A program made the position numbers and the translations under genes. This document shows, piece by piece, positions 38,373-47,568 of a DNA stretch of 64,000 nt. Numbering within the stretch: position 1 is the stretch's first letter; the number at the start of each line of letters is the position of its first letter. Where the stretch lies: NCBI GenBank assembly GCA_033581555.1, contig JAVQSZ010000002.1, forward strand, positions 64,001-128,000, written 5' to 3'. Source of the DNA: Nitrososphaerota archaeon (lineage in GTDB: Archaea > Thermoproteota > Nitrososphaeria_A > Caldarchaeales > Calditenuaceae). The notes beneath the pieces were generated by a model. That model did not search any database. It had not been told where the DNA came from and saw only the letters and a list, made by a program, of their open reading frames with translations.

Positions 38373-39250
38373 TTAAAATAGGTCTACTTCGTCCGGATTT
38401 ACCGAATGCAACTTTAGAAGACGTATGGAATGTTTTACTATATCCTTACTGGAATAATATGTCTCAACATATAAGCCATCTACTTTTTTAGGACTACGGA
38501 ACTTTTTCCATCCCTGTGCTCAGGAGTATCATTGATCAGAACACGGTAGCCACGACGGGATGTCGTCTGTACTGGTAATTTGTCTTTATCCAACCGTTTA
38601 GTTTCAAGCAACCACTCTGCACATCTGGTCAATATATCTTTCCACACTCTAATTTCATACTCCTTACCGTCAGGGAATCTTATCGACTTGTAACGTAACG
38701 GTTCTCCTTTCTTGGGTTTAAGTTCACTTAGCGGTAGACCTTTCCTGTCACGATAAGGAGGCGCAATTACGGTAGGAGGAGGACTGCCTATGCCGGCGTA
38801 CCTCATTATCGAAAAGGCGTTCCTGATGACTTCGCCCGGCTCCATCTTCCTTATGTCCCATTCTGCGATCTTCTTTTCATGCAGAGGCTTCTGCACTTGG
38901 GTGTCATAGACCTCCCACTTCGCCCCATCGGTCGCGATGAAGTATCTCACTCCCTCCGACACGCAGTATGACACCTGCTGAATCAAGTCCTCCTCCTTCC
39001 CCAGGCTCTTAGCACCTATGAACGCGATCCTCTGGCCGTTCAGCAGAAGCGCGTAGTCAGGTCTTCCGGCCTGAGTGGAGACTTCGGGTATGACGAGGTT
39101 CGGGTCTTCGGTGTCCCAACCTAGCGCCCTCAGGAAGGGGTCGATGAGCACGTACCTTGTCAGGGTCTCGCTTTTCTGTAACATGTCACGGTGACTTTCG
39201 ATTTTCATTCTAAGCTGCCTGACGAGATCAACGAGTCCTTCAAGCGCCAC
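38373..39250 (-). pseudogene. HsdR_N-type PD-(D/E)xK restriction nuclease with C-terminal SeqA-like domain, interrupted by a -1 frameshift near 38484-38507
   Basis: ETLTRYVLIDPFLRALGWD, RPDYAL, ATDGAKWEVYD. Frame 0 stops at 38480; the -1 frame continues KFRSPKKVDGLYVETYYSSKDIVKHSIRLLK to TAA at 38373. Confidence 0.75.
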
Positions 39251-39281
39251 AATCCTAATTTTAAAATCATAAATATATACT

Positions 39282-40961
39282 TTATGGGAAATAATTTGTA
39301 GGACCGACTGTCGATGTGCGAAACCTAAGTTTACGCTCCTCAATTGAGGCTGCTTTACCGCTACGCGACCCTCCAACATTGGTCCACGGCCAAGGATGAC
39401 CCACCACGGGTTCAGGCCCCCTTCGCGGAACCAGAACTCCCGGCAAGTCCCTCGAGGCGAGCTTCAGGACCCTCTCGACCCGCCGGGCCCTCCTATACCC
39501 CTCCCTGAAGTAGTACTCGTCTATCGTCCCCTTGGTCACCAGAATAACGACCCTGCCGGGTAACCTCCTCCCCGTCCTACCCCTCCTCTGGATGTACCTG
39601 ATCCCGGACACGGTCGGCTCGTAGAAGACGACCAGCCCACACTCGGGGACGTCGAGCCCCTCCTCACCGATAGACGTGGCCACCAATACGCTGAACTTCC
39701 CCGCCCTGAACTCCTTCAGGATCCTGACCTGCTCGTCCTGGGTCATCCTCGGGCCCGACTTGCCCTCCGCCTTCCCCACGAAGAGGTGGGCTCTGATACC
39801 CCTAGAGCTCATCCTCTCGACGAGGAGCTCAGCCGTAGACCTGAGGTTGGCGAAGACCAGGACCCTGTCGCCAGGGTTGGAGGAGAGGTGTTCGCTCAGG
39901 ACCCTGAGGAGGACCTCGACCTTCGGGTGCTCGGCCTCGCATCCCTTCACGAGCTCCACCAGCTCGCGGAAGTCTGGGCTCGATGACAGGACCCTGTGGC
40001 TCCTGCGCCTAGACCTCCTCACCTCGTCGAGGTATCTGAGGAGGAGTGAAGCGTGCTGACTCTCCACGAGCTCCAGGGCGTAGAAGAGGCTGAGGACTTC
40101 GGAGAGGACTACGAGGGAGTGGGCGACCAACCCCCTCGCACCGGACCCGAGCTCCGCCTTCAGCCGCTCCATCACCGCGAGCAGCGACCTCCGGTTGAAC
40201 TCGATCCCCTCGAGGGCGACGTAACCCGTTGACCGGAGCCTCTCAAGCCTCGACTCGATCATCTCCTTGATCTTCGACCTGATTCTTTCGTACTGCTCGG
40301 GGAGGGAGACGGTGACCCAGCTGACGTCGGTGCCGGGCACGTAAGCCTTCACGTCCTCGTCCTCCTCGGTCCTCCATTCGATCCTCTCTATCCAGAGGTT
40401 CCTGACCAGCTCCTTCACCCTCTCGGGGTCCGAACCTGGAGAGGCTGTGAGCGCGAGGATCAGGGGCCATGGGCAGGCCTTGACGTACTCGTTCGCGATC
40501 CGCGTGTACGCGTAACGCTCCCTGGACCTGTGGCACTCGTCCATCACGACGACCGCGAACTCCTCGAGGTTCACGAGGCCCCTGGAGATGTCGTTCCAGA
40601 CCGTCTGGGGCGTGGCGAGGACTAGCCTTACGCTCGGGTCGAGCCAATACCGTTCCCTGTCGGGGACGTCGCCGGTCAGCGCCGCGACCTCCCTCCTCTC
40701 GAGCCTCAGGTGGGCGAGGACGCTGGAGGTGTGCTGTAGGACGAGGGGCTTGGTCGGGGCCATGACTAGGGCCCTGCACCCGGGATACCTGTGGAGGACC
40801 TCCGCGACGACGAGCTCCGCGATTACGGTCTTCCCGAGCGCGGTCGGGAGGACGACCAGCGTGTTGCCCCTCAGCGCGGCCTCCGCGATCCTGACCTGGT
40901 ACTCGCGCCTCAGCAGGGTCCTCTCCCTCACCATCGGGTGCTCGATGAACTGGACCTCCAT
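39282..40961 (-). CDS. Hef/FANCM(Mph1)-family DEAH helicase without an ERCC4 nuclease domain
   Basis: REYQ, LPTALGKT, APTKPLV.QH, TPQ, DECH, LTASPG, HPK, ATSIGEEGLDVPE, QRRGRTGR. Confidence 0.9.
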   Translation of the reverse strand: MEVQFIEHPMVRERTLLRREYQVRIAEAALRGNTLVVLPTALGKTVIAELVVAEVLHRYPGCRALVMAPTKPLVLQHTSSVLAHLRLERREVAALTGDVPDRERYWLDPSVRLVLATPQTVWNDISRGLVNLEEFAVVVMDECHRSRERYAYTRIANEYVKACPWPLILALTASPGSDPERVKELVRNLWIERIEWRTEEDEDVKAYVPGTDVSWVTVSLPEQYERIRSKIKEMIESRLERLRSTGYVALEGIEFNRRSLLAVMERLKAELGSGARGLVAHSLVVLSEVLSLFYALELVESQHASLLLRYLDEVRRSRRRSHRVLSSSPDFRELVELVKGCEAEHPKVEVLLRVLSEHLSSNPGDRVLVFANLRSTAELLVERMSSRGIRAHLFVGKAEGKSGPRMTQDEQVRILKEFRAGKFSVLVATSIGEEGLDVPECGLVVFYEPTVSGIRYIQRRGRTGRRLPGRVVILVTKGTIDEYYFREGYRRARRVERVLKLASRDLPGVLVPRRGPEPVVGHPWPWTNVGGSRSGKAASIEERKLRFRTSTVGPTNYFP

Positions 40962-41082
40962 CCCTTAGGACGCGGCCGGCTCCGCCTAATTTGCCATCGC
41001 GTGCTCGACCGTTCTAGTGCCCAACAGACCGAGGACTTAACGCGGCAGACCTTTTTACCAGTCCGAGTCCGGAACGTTTGGG

Positions 41083-41466
41083 ATGAAGCGGGTCTCGCCG
41101 AGGGCGCTGAGGAGGATGCAGGAGAGGCTCCTGTCGTCGTCGGGGATATCGATGAACGAGCTTGGCGAGGCGAGGGTCCTGATCGAGCTGGGTGAAAGGA
41201 GGATAAGGCTCGAGGGCGTGACGGTCGTCGAGCTCGAGGGCCCGATGGGGAAGGTCTACCAGCTGGTGGGGGGTAGAGAGGTCGAGGAGGTAGCGGTGAG
41301 CGAGGAGGTTCAGGCTACGGCCGCGAGCGTTCCGGAGGTCAGCGATGAGGACGTAGCCCTGGTGGCCGCACAAGCGGGGGTCTCTGAGGAGGAGGCGAGG
41401 AGGGCCCTGATCGAGGCCGGAGGCGACCTCGCGAGGGCCATACTCTCGCTCAGGTCCAGGAAGTAG
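41083..41466 (+). CDS. nac: Archaeal nascent polypeptide-associated complex protein
   Basis: YQLVG; C-terminal UBA-like EDVALVAAQAGVSEEEARRALIEAGGDLARAI. Confidence 0.9.
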   Translation: MKRVSPRALRRMQERLLSSSGISMNELGEARVLIELGERRIRLEGVTVVELEGPMGKVYQLVGGREVEEVAVSEEVQATAASVPEVSDEDVALVAAQAGVSEEEARRALIEAGGDLARAILSLRSRK

Positions 41467-41467
41467 T

Positions 41468-41872
41468 TCAGAGGCCGACGTAGTGCAGCTTCACGTGCTC
41501 CCTCATCAGCTCCCCGTAGGGCGTGGCATAGCCACAGTGGGGACAGACGTGAAGACCAGGGTCGGCCGGACCTGCCGTGCTCAGCGCGAGCCTGACCTCT
41601 TCAGGGTTGAGCACGACCACCCTCAGCCTCTCGCCGTCGGACTCCACCTTGCAGTGCTCCGAGACGCTCAACTCCCCTAGGGCGTCCCGAACGAGGCCGA
41701 GGAGGGCGGCCTGGCTCGGCCTCGACCAGCTGACCGAGAGGTCTATCGCGACCGACCCCTCCCTGGGGACCGCGATCCCGCCCAACTCAACAAGGCGCTC
41801 GGTGAGCCTCGCCGCGAGGGGGACCTCGAGCCCCCTGAAGCCCACGACGACGACGTAGACGACGTCCCTCAA
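41468..41872 (-). CDS. Hypothetical protein with a C-terminal C2H2 zinc finger
   Basis: CPHCGYATPYGELMREHVKLHY; overlaps the nadM stop. Confidence 0.7.
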   Translation of the reverse strand: MRDVVYVVVVGFRGLEVPLAARLTERLVELGGIAVPREGSVAIDLSVSWSRPSQAALLGLVRDALGELSVSEHCKVESDGERLRVVVLNPEEVRLALSTAGPADPGLHVCPHCGYATPYGELMREHVKLHYVGL

Positions 41873-42423
41873 GTCCCGGTCACCCGCGGAGCTGAAGTCT
41901 TCATTTGGGAGAAGATCACCCTCAGCCTTTCGACGCCGCCGATGCTCCTGATGTACTCCGCGACCTCGGGCTGGACGTAGTCCTCCCAGGGCCCTCCCTC
42001 GACCATCAGCCTCCTGATCTCGGTCCCGTTGAACCTCTCCCTCTCGAAGAGCTGGGGCTCCCTCACCCTGATCCCCGAGGACTCCGCCAACAGCTTTACG
42101 AAGGGGTTGTTGGTGTAGAGCGCCTCGAACTTGGGCACCGTGGCTACCACCCTGCTGATCCAGAGATGGTGCTCTCCGATGTCCGGCACCGGGACCGGAA
42201 TCACCCTCGAGAGGTCGTGTCCCGCGCTCTTCAGGCCTATGCGGATCATCTCGATCCTCTCACCCGCGGTGAAGGGGTTGTCGGGCGTGTAGCTGAACTG
42301 GGAGCTCCCTATAGCGACTATGAGCTCGTCGTTCTCCGATAGTGCTTGTTCAGCGGCCCTGAGGTGTCCGAGGTGAAACGGCTGGAACCTCCCGACCAGC
42401 AGCCCCCGCTTCGGTATCGCCAA
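41869..42423 (-). CDS. nadM: Nicotinamide-nucleotide adenylyltransferase
   Basis: GRFQPFHLGH, GSSQ, NPFTAGER, GTEIRR. Confidence 0.93.
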   Translation of the reverse strand: MAIPKRGLLVGRFQPFHLGHLRAAEQALSENDELIVAIGSSQFSYTPDNPFTAGERIEMIRIGLKSAGHDLSRVIPVPVPDIGEHHLWISRVVATVPKFEALYTNNPFVKLLAESSGIRVREPQLFERERFNGTEIRRLMVEGGPWEDYVQPEVAEYIRSIGGVERLRVIFSQMKTSAPRVTGT

Positions 42424-42533
42424 CCCGTGCCGTCGTAGCGGCGACTCTCTAATTAACGGAACACCGGTCCTTCCTTCGACCGATCCGGGACCACAAAACT
42501 ATTAACGCCCCCCAAATCGCGTGCTAGAGGCGC

Positions 42534-42953
42534 ATGTCGACCACTTACGAGGTGCCCAGCGGGCTGAGCTACTCTAGGAACCACGAGTGGGTCAGGCAGA
42601 AGGGCAAGTACGCGGTGATCGGGGTCACGGACTACGTCCAGAAGAAGCTGCGGGAGATACTCTACGTGGAGCTCCCGAACATCAACACCAAGCTCACCAG
42701 AGGCCAGCACCTCGCGACGATCGAGTCGGTCGGGGGGAGCCACGAGGTGAGGGCCCCGGTCAGCGGGAAGATAGTTGAGGTGAACGCGAGGCTCATCGAC
42801 AGCCCCGAGCTGATCAACGAGTACCCCTACGAGGACGGTTGGATCTGCAGGATGGAGGTCTCGGACCCGACGGAGCTAGAGGACCTGATGCAGCCCGACG
42901 AGTACACTAGATACATCGAGGAGCTTGAGCTGGAGGCTAGCGAGACCGAGTGA
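42534..42953 (+). CDS. gcvH: Glycine cleavage H-protein homolog with the lipoyl-lysine position replaced by Gly
   Basis: YSRNHEWV, GVTDY, IESVGG (canonically ESVK), APVSG, PELIN.YPYEDGWI. Confidence 0.85.
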   Translation: MSTTYEVPSGLSYSRNHEWVRQKGKYAVIGVTDYVQKKLREILYVELPNINTKLTRGQHLATIESVGGSHEVRAPVSGKIVEVNARLIDSPELINEYPYEDGWICRMEVSDPTELEDLMQPDEYTRYIEELELEASETE

Positions 42954-42968
42954 GCGCCGTTCACTCTC

Positions 42969-43949
42969 TCACGCCGTTAAAGCAGAGATCACCCTCAGCG
43001 GCGTCCTCATTATCGAGACGAAGCCCTCGAGCTTGATGCCCCTCGCGATCCCGAAGAGCTCCTCCACCTCTCCTGGAGTCAGAGGCACGTCGGCGGAGTG
43101 CGCGTTGAGCTCGGCCTGTTGGGGCGTCTTCACGCCCGCGATCGCGACGACCTTGTCCCTCTCCACGAGGGCCCTCAGCGCGATCTGTGAGACCTCGCAC
43201 CCGTACTTCCTCGCCAGCTCCCTCATCCTCTCCAGCAACGGCTCGACCCTGCGGAGGTTGGTCCCGTCGAAGAGCCTGTTGATGCTCCTCACTAGGTCCC
43301 TGGGCCTGTTGACGGCCGAGTACTTCCCCGTCAGGAGGCCCTGCGCCAGGGGACTGTAGGCGAGGACCGTCACCCTCTCGCCGAAGGCCCTGAAGTTGCT
43401 CTCCGCCGCTCCCCTCTCCAATAAATTGTACTTCACCTGGTTCGAGACGATCTCCGCAGACCTCAGGTGCTCCTGGGCCTTTGCGAGCAGTCGCGGTGGG
43501 AAGTTGCTGACGCCGACGTACCTGATCTTCCCCTCCCTCAACAGCCTGTCCATCGCCCTCATCGTCGACGATATCGGGACGAACGGGTTCGGCCAGTGGA
43601 CCTGATAGAGGTCTATGACGTCCACCCCGAGCCTCTTCAGGCTCCGCTCGCAGGCCTTGATCGTCCCGTCGTAGGTGGCATGGGTCGGCCAGACCTTCGT
43701 CGCTATGAGGACCGAGTCCCTCATCCCCTTGATCGCCCTCCCGACCACCTCCTCTGACCTTCCGCCGCCGTAGATCTCCGCGGTGTCGATCAGGTTGACC
43801 CCGAGCTCGATCGACCTCCTTATGGCCTGGATCACCTCCTCCTCTCCGTAGCCCCTCCCCCAGCCCCACTCCCTGCTCCCGATCTGCCAAGTCCCGACGG
43901 CGATCACCGAGACCCTCTCGGACGACCTCCCGAGAGTCGTGTACCTCAC
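42969..43949 (-). CDS. Aldo/keto reductase
   Basis: GTWQ, IDTAEIYG, ATKVWP, SLKRLG.DVIDLYQVHWP, GVSNF, AYSPLAQGLLTGKY; GTG start at 43949. Confidence 0.92.
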   Translation of the reverse strand: MRYTTLGRSSERVSVIAVGTWQIGSREWGWGRGYGEEEVIQAIRRSIELGVNLIDTAEIYGGGRSEEVVGRAIKGMRDSVLIATKVWPTHATYDGTIKACERSLKRLGVDVIDLYQVHWPNPFVPISSTMRAMDRLLREGKIRYVGVSNFPPRLLAKAQEHLRSAEIVSNQVKYNLLERGAAESNFRAFGERVTVLAYSPLAQGLLTGKYSAVNRPRDLVRSINRLFDGTNLRRVEPLLERMRELARKYGCEVSQIALRALVERDKVVAIAGVKTPQQAELNAHSADVPLTPGEVEELFGIARGIKLEGFVSIMRTPLRVISALTA

Positions 43950-44326
43950 GCACCCCCCGACCTCCTCAGGACGAGCCTCAACGCGGTGCTCAAAGATATC
44001 GCGGCTGCGGCCGTCACGGCGAAGTAGACGACCGCGGGAAGCGAGACGAGGACGACAGTCGGCAGCCCAACGACTGCAGAGAGCAGCTCGGCGAGCCTGA
44101 AAGACTTCGGGTGCGAGAGGGTGGAGAGGAGCGCGACGACGTAAGGCAACGTCCCGACGGCCGCGAACGGGATCGCGTGAGCCCTCCTCTCGAGCAGCGA
44201 CCCGCCGATCAGTCCGGTGATCAGGGCCGCGACCGCCCAGAGGCCGGAAGGCAAGATGATCAGAGCCAAGGCGCCGACTGGAACGCCGATCATCGGAAGG
44301 ATGCTCCTCGCCCTCAACCCGGTCAC
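43946..44326 (-). CDS. Small multi-pass membrane protein
   Basis: Hydrophobic throughout; GTGA overlaps with both neighbours. Confidence 0.6.
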   Translation of the reverse strand: MTGLRARSILPMIGVPVGALALIILPSGLWAVAALITGLIGGSLLERRAHAIPFAAVGTLPYVVALLSTLSHPKSFRLAELLSAVVGLPTVVLVSLPAVVYFAVTAAAAISLSTALRLVLRRSGGA

Positions 44327-46863
44327 CCGCTGATCGTGAGGACCATGAGCCTCTCCCTGACCTCCTCCGGCCTCCTCGGGACCTCCAGCAGGTGATACCT
44401 GTAACCGTACCACTCGTCAAATGAGTCGGAGTAGAATTCCGAGACCGGGCTCTCGCTCTGGCCTCCAGGATAGACTCCGTACGCGATCGGCCTCCCGTCT
44501 ACGAAGGTCACGACCATCTTCCAGCTCGGGCCCGTGGTGACGTAGACCTTCCTCTCGAGTACACGGAGGTCGTACGGGAACCCGGCGTTCATCAAGGTTC
44601 CCGAGGCTCCGTCGTGGGACAGTGGCCCGATCGAGAACGCGTCGAGCGAGCTCAGGTGTCCGACGCGGAGCCTGTGTATCCTTCCCCAAGTCCACCCTCC
44701 CGGGTCCGGCCCGAGGTTCGCCCTCAACCACTCGACCGCCCTCGAGAGCGCGGACCTCGCGACCCTCCTCAGGTCTCCCCCGAACCAATAACTCTGGGGC
44801 TCGTTGTGGATCAGCCAGACCATCGTCGACTCCAGGGGCAGGTAGCTGCTCGAGAGCCCCAGCTCCCTGAACCTGGCCGCGAAGGACTCCTCGTAGAGCG
44901 CTGAGAACCAGGCCCACCATATCGCCGGTGCGACCGAGTCCCTCCTCATTTTGTAGTCCCATCGCCGGAGCTCCTCAAGCGCGCGCCTCTCGGGATCCGT
45001 CAGCCCCTCGAAGCCTGCCGAGAGCTCGAGCAGCTTGGGGACCATCGAGGCCGCGAACCAGAGGTGGACGTCGTTCTGGTAGGCCATGAAGTCCTCAATT
45101 GAATGGGAGCCCTTCGATGCTAGGAGAGCGTGTATCCGCTGGGCCCTAGCGCCGGGGTCGTACCATCCCGCCAAGATATAATACGGATAGAGTCTCCCCG
45201 CGGTCTGCTGGTTCGGTGCGGCCGCGAAGCCCCTCGCCGGGTTGATCGTCATCGGGACGTGCTCGTAGGGCACGAAGCCCTCCCACTCGTGCGCGCCGGT
45301 TCCGTTCAGAATCGACCTGGAGCCTATCACCTTGATCGACTCGCCGGTCGGAAGCCTCACGGTCCTGTAGGGGAAGAGCCCGGGGACGACGATGCCGTAG
45401 TTCCCATGCTTGTCGATCACAGCCCAGTTCTGCGACGGCACGTCCCAGTACCTCAGCGCTTCAACGACCTCGGCGAGCGATCTGGCTCTCATCACCCTGT
45501 AGGCTGCGACCGACTCGCGCGTCACTCCGGAGCCGTCGTCGTTGAACCCGGAGATCGCGGTCCACTTCATCGAGACGTACACCCCGTTGTGGTGGAAGAC
45601 CGGCCCGTGGACCGTTAGGTTGACGGTTATGACCCTCTCGCCTCCTCCCCTGACCCTGATCGTCTCCTCGAGTCTCCTCATCTCCCTCCACTCGCCCTTG
45701 AAGGAGTACTGGTTGCCCCTGACTTTCTCGAGGTAGAAGTCTGTGACCCCGATCTGCGAGTTGGTGAGGCCCCACGCGACGTGCTCGTTGAACCCGATGA
45801 TCACGAACGGCACCCCTGGGAGAGTGACTCCCCTTACGTTCAGCTCACCGGTCACGAGGTGAACCTCGTACCAGACCGAGGGGAGGTTCAGCGATAGGTG
45901 GGGGTCATCTGCGAGCATCGGCCCGCCAGTCGCGGAGAGCCTCGGCGAGACGACCCAGTTGTTGCTACCGACGTCGAGCCTTCCGAAACCCGCGAGGCCC
46001 GAGATTGAGTTGATGAACTCGAAGAGCCTACCCGCGAGCTCCTTATCTGTGAGGTCTACGCCGGTCGCCCACTCCTCGAACCAGTTGAGCCTTTCGAGGA
46101 GGTCCGGGTCCGCGCCGAGCCTGAGCCTCCCGATCGAGCCGTCCCCGGGGACGACGGTGACGTTCTCGATGTAGTAGTGCCTTACTGGGTAGAGCTTCAT
46201 CGCCTCAGAGGGTCCCAGCTTGACCGCGAGGGCCGTTAACAGCAAGGGGTACCAGAAGCCCGTGAGCGTCCAAGCCATGAACCTTGCCCATACGAGGGAG
46301 TCCTCAGGCCTCCACGGCTCGGGCTCGTAGTTGAGGAGCTTGAACATCAGGGGCAACTTCCCCGAAGTCCTCATCTCCTCGATCGCGGCGTTCACGCCCT
46401 CCGAATACGCGACCAGGACCGAGTGGACCTCAGGGTGGTTCGCCCTGAGCCACTCCGCGGTCGCCTTCGCGGACCTGTGAAGGCCTATGACCCTCATCAG
46501 CGCGTCGGTCCTCAGGCCGGCCTCCCCGACGATCTCGGAGAGCCTCCCTGAGGCCAGCCTCCTCTGCACGTCCATCTGCCAGAGCCTGTCCCTCGCGTGG
46601 ACGTAACCTAGGGCCCTGAAAGCGTCGAGCTCGTCGGCGGCGTAGACGTGTGGAACAAGCCTGCCGTCGTAGACGACCTTCACCTGCGACCTCAGGCCGG
46701 GGAGCCTCACGATCGCGTCCGAGACCCCAACCCTCTCGAGCTCGGTCCAGACGCCCTTGATCGGATGGAGGACCGCGAAGGGCCCAGACACCAGGATCAG
46801 CAAGACGGCTATCGTCGCGGACAAGACGGCTATCGATAGATCTCCGAGGACGCGCCTGACCAT
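44323..46863 (-). CDS. Penicillin acylase family Ntn-hydrolase (peptidase S45), membrane-anchored
   Basis: PHVYA, GYVHARDRLWQMD, GRLSE, GSNNWVV (nucleophile Ser), DPHL, PGGQS. Confidence 0.93.
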   Translation of the reverse strand: MVRRVLGDLSIAVLSATIAVLLILVSGPFAVLHPIKGVWTELERVGVSDAIVRLPGLRSQVKVVYDGRLVPHVYAADELDAFRALGYVHARDRLWQMDVQRRLASGRLSEIVGEAGLRTDALMRVIGLHRSAKATAEWLRANHPEVHSVLVAYSEGVNAAIEEMRTSGKLPLMFKLLNYEPEPWRPEDSLVWARFMAWTLTGFWYPLLLTALAVKLGPSEAMKLYPVRHYYIENVTVVPGDGSIGRLRLGADPDLLERLNWFEEWATGVDLTDKELAGRLFEFINSISGLAGFGRLDVGSNNWVVSPRLSATGGPMLADDPHLSLNLPSVWYEVHLVTGELNVRGVTLPGVPFVIIGFNEHVAWGLTNSQIGVTDFYLEKVRGNQYSFKGEWREMRRLEETIRVRGGGERVITVNLTVHGPVFHHNGVYVSMKWTAISGFNDDGSGVTRESVAAYRVMRARSLAEVVEALRYWDVPSQNWAVIDKHGNYGIVVPGLFPYRTVRLPTGESIKVIGSRSILNGTGAHEWEGFVPYEHVPMTINPARGFAAAPNQQTAGRLYPYYILAGWYDPGARAQRIHALLASKGSHSIEDFMAYQNDVHLWFAASMVPKLLELSAGFEGLTDPERRALEELRRWDYKMRRDSVAPAIWWAWFSALYEESFAARFRELGLSSSYLPLESTMVWLIHNEPQSYWFGGDLRRVARSALSRAVEWLRANLGPDPGGWTWGRIHRLRVGHLSSLDAFSIGPLSHDGASGTLMNAGFPYDLRVLERKVYVTTGPSWKMVVTFVDGRPIAYGVYPGGQSESPVSEFYSDSFDEWYGYRYHLLEVPRRPEEVRERLMVLTISG

Positions 46864-46911
46864 CGAATACGGGAGGAGCGTTCTTGGAAATAAAGGGGAT
46901 TGATTGGTGCC

Positions 46912-47511
46912 TCAGAGGGGCGTGGTCGCGGTCGGTTGGGCGGGCTGCGGAGGCGACTCAGGTATCGAGAAGAACGCGACTATCTGCAGGATCTCTGCGA
47001 TCAGAATCAGAATGAACCCCACTAGAATTATGCTGAGGAGCGCGCCGTAGAAGTACAGCTTTCCCACGGTCCCGAACATGGGAACATTAAGCCTGGAGTT
47101 GATCGCGTCGTAGCCGCGCCGTAGAAATCTGGCTGAGAAGATCATGACGAGCCAGAACGCGACGAGGCCCACGATGAACACCCCGAGCAGCTGCGAGAAG
47201 AACGCAAAAGGATCAGCCGGCGCTCCCGGACCTAGTCCTCCCCCGAGGATCGTGAAGAACAAACCAAAGCCGAGGAGCAGCCCCGCGACTACCGACCCGA
47301 TGATTGCTAAGATCACCGCTGTCAGGACGTTGTTGAAGATTGTCCTATCGTTCACGGCCTTGGAGACCCTGTCGACCGCGATCAGTATGAGGACCCACCC
47401 CACTATCGCCAGCACAAACCCGACCGAGGGCACGAGACCCAGGACGACTAGTATCGCTCCGATCCCACCAAGCGTCTTTGCCTCCGAGAGACTTTGCACG
47501 GCTGGCCTCAA
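46912..47511 (-). CDS. DUF996 family membrane protein
   Basis: AKTLGGIGAIL, GWVLILIA, YFYGALLSIILVG, AFFSIP. Confidence 0.8.
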   Translation of the reverse strand: MRPAVQSLSEAKTLGGIGAILVVLGLVPSVGFVLAIVGWVLILIAVDRVSKAVNDRTIFNNVLTAVILAIIGSVVAGLLLGFGLFFTILGGGLGPGAPADPFAFFSQLLGVFIVGLVAFWLVMIFSARFLRRGYDAINSRLNVPMFGTVGKLYFYGALLSIILVGFILILIAEILQIVAFFSIPESPPQPAQPTATTPL

Positions 47512-47568
47512 TTCCGTTGATTATTAACTGTTTAGCAAAAACGCGTTCGACTATGAGGGTTAACACCG

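Noticed and set aside
30245-39400. CRISPR array or leader near the cas genes
   Set aside because: No regularly spaced direct repeats were seen in any intergenic gap. The AT-rich stretch 38373-38480 that looks like a leader is the frameshifted tail of the nuclease gene.
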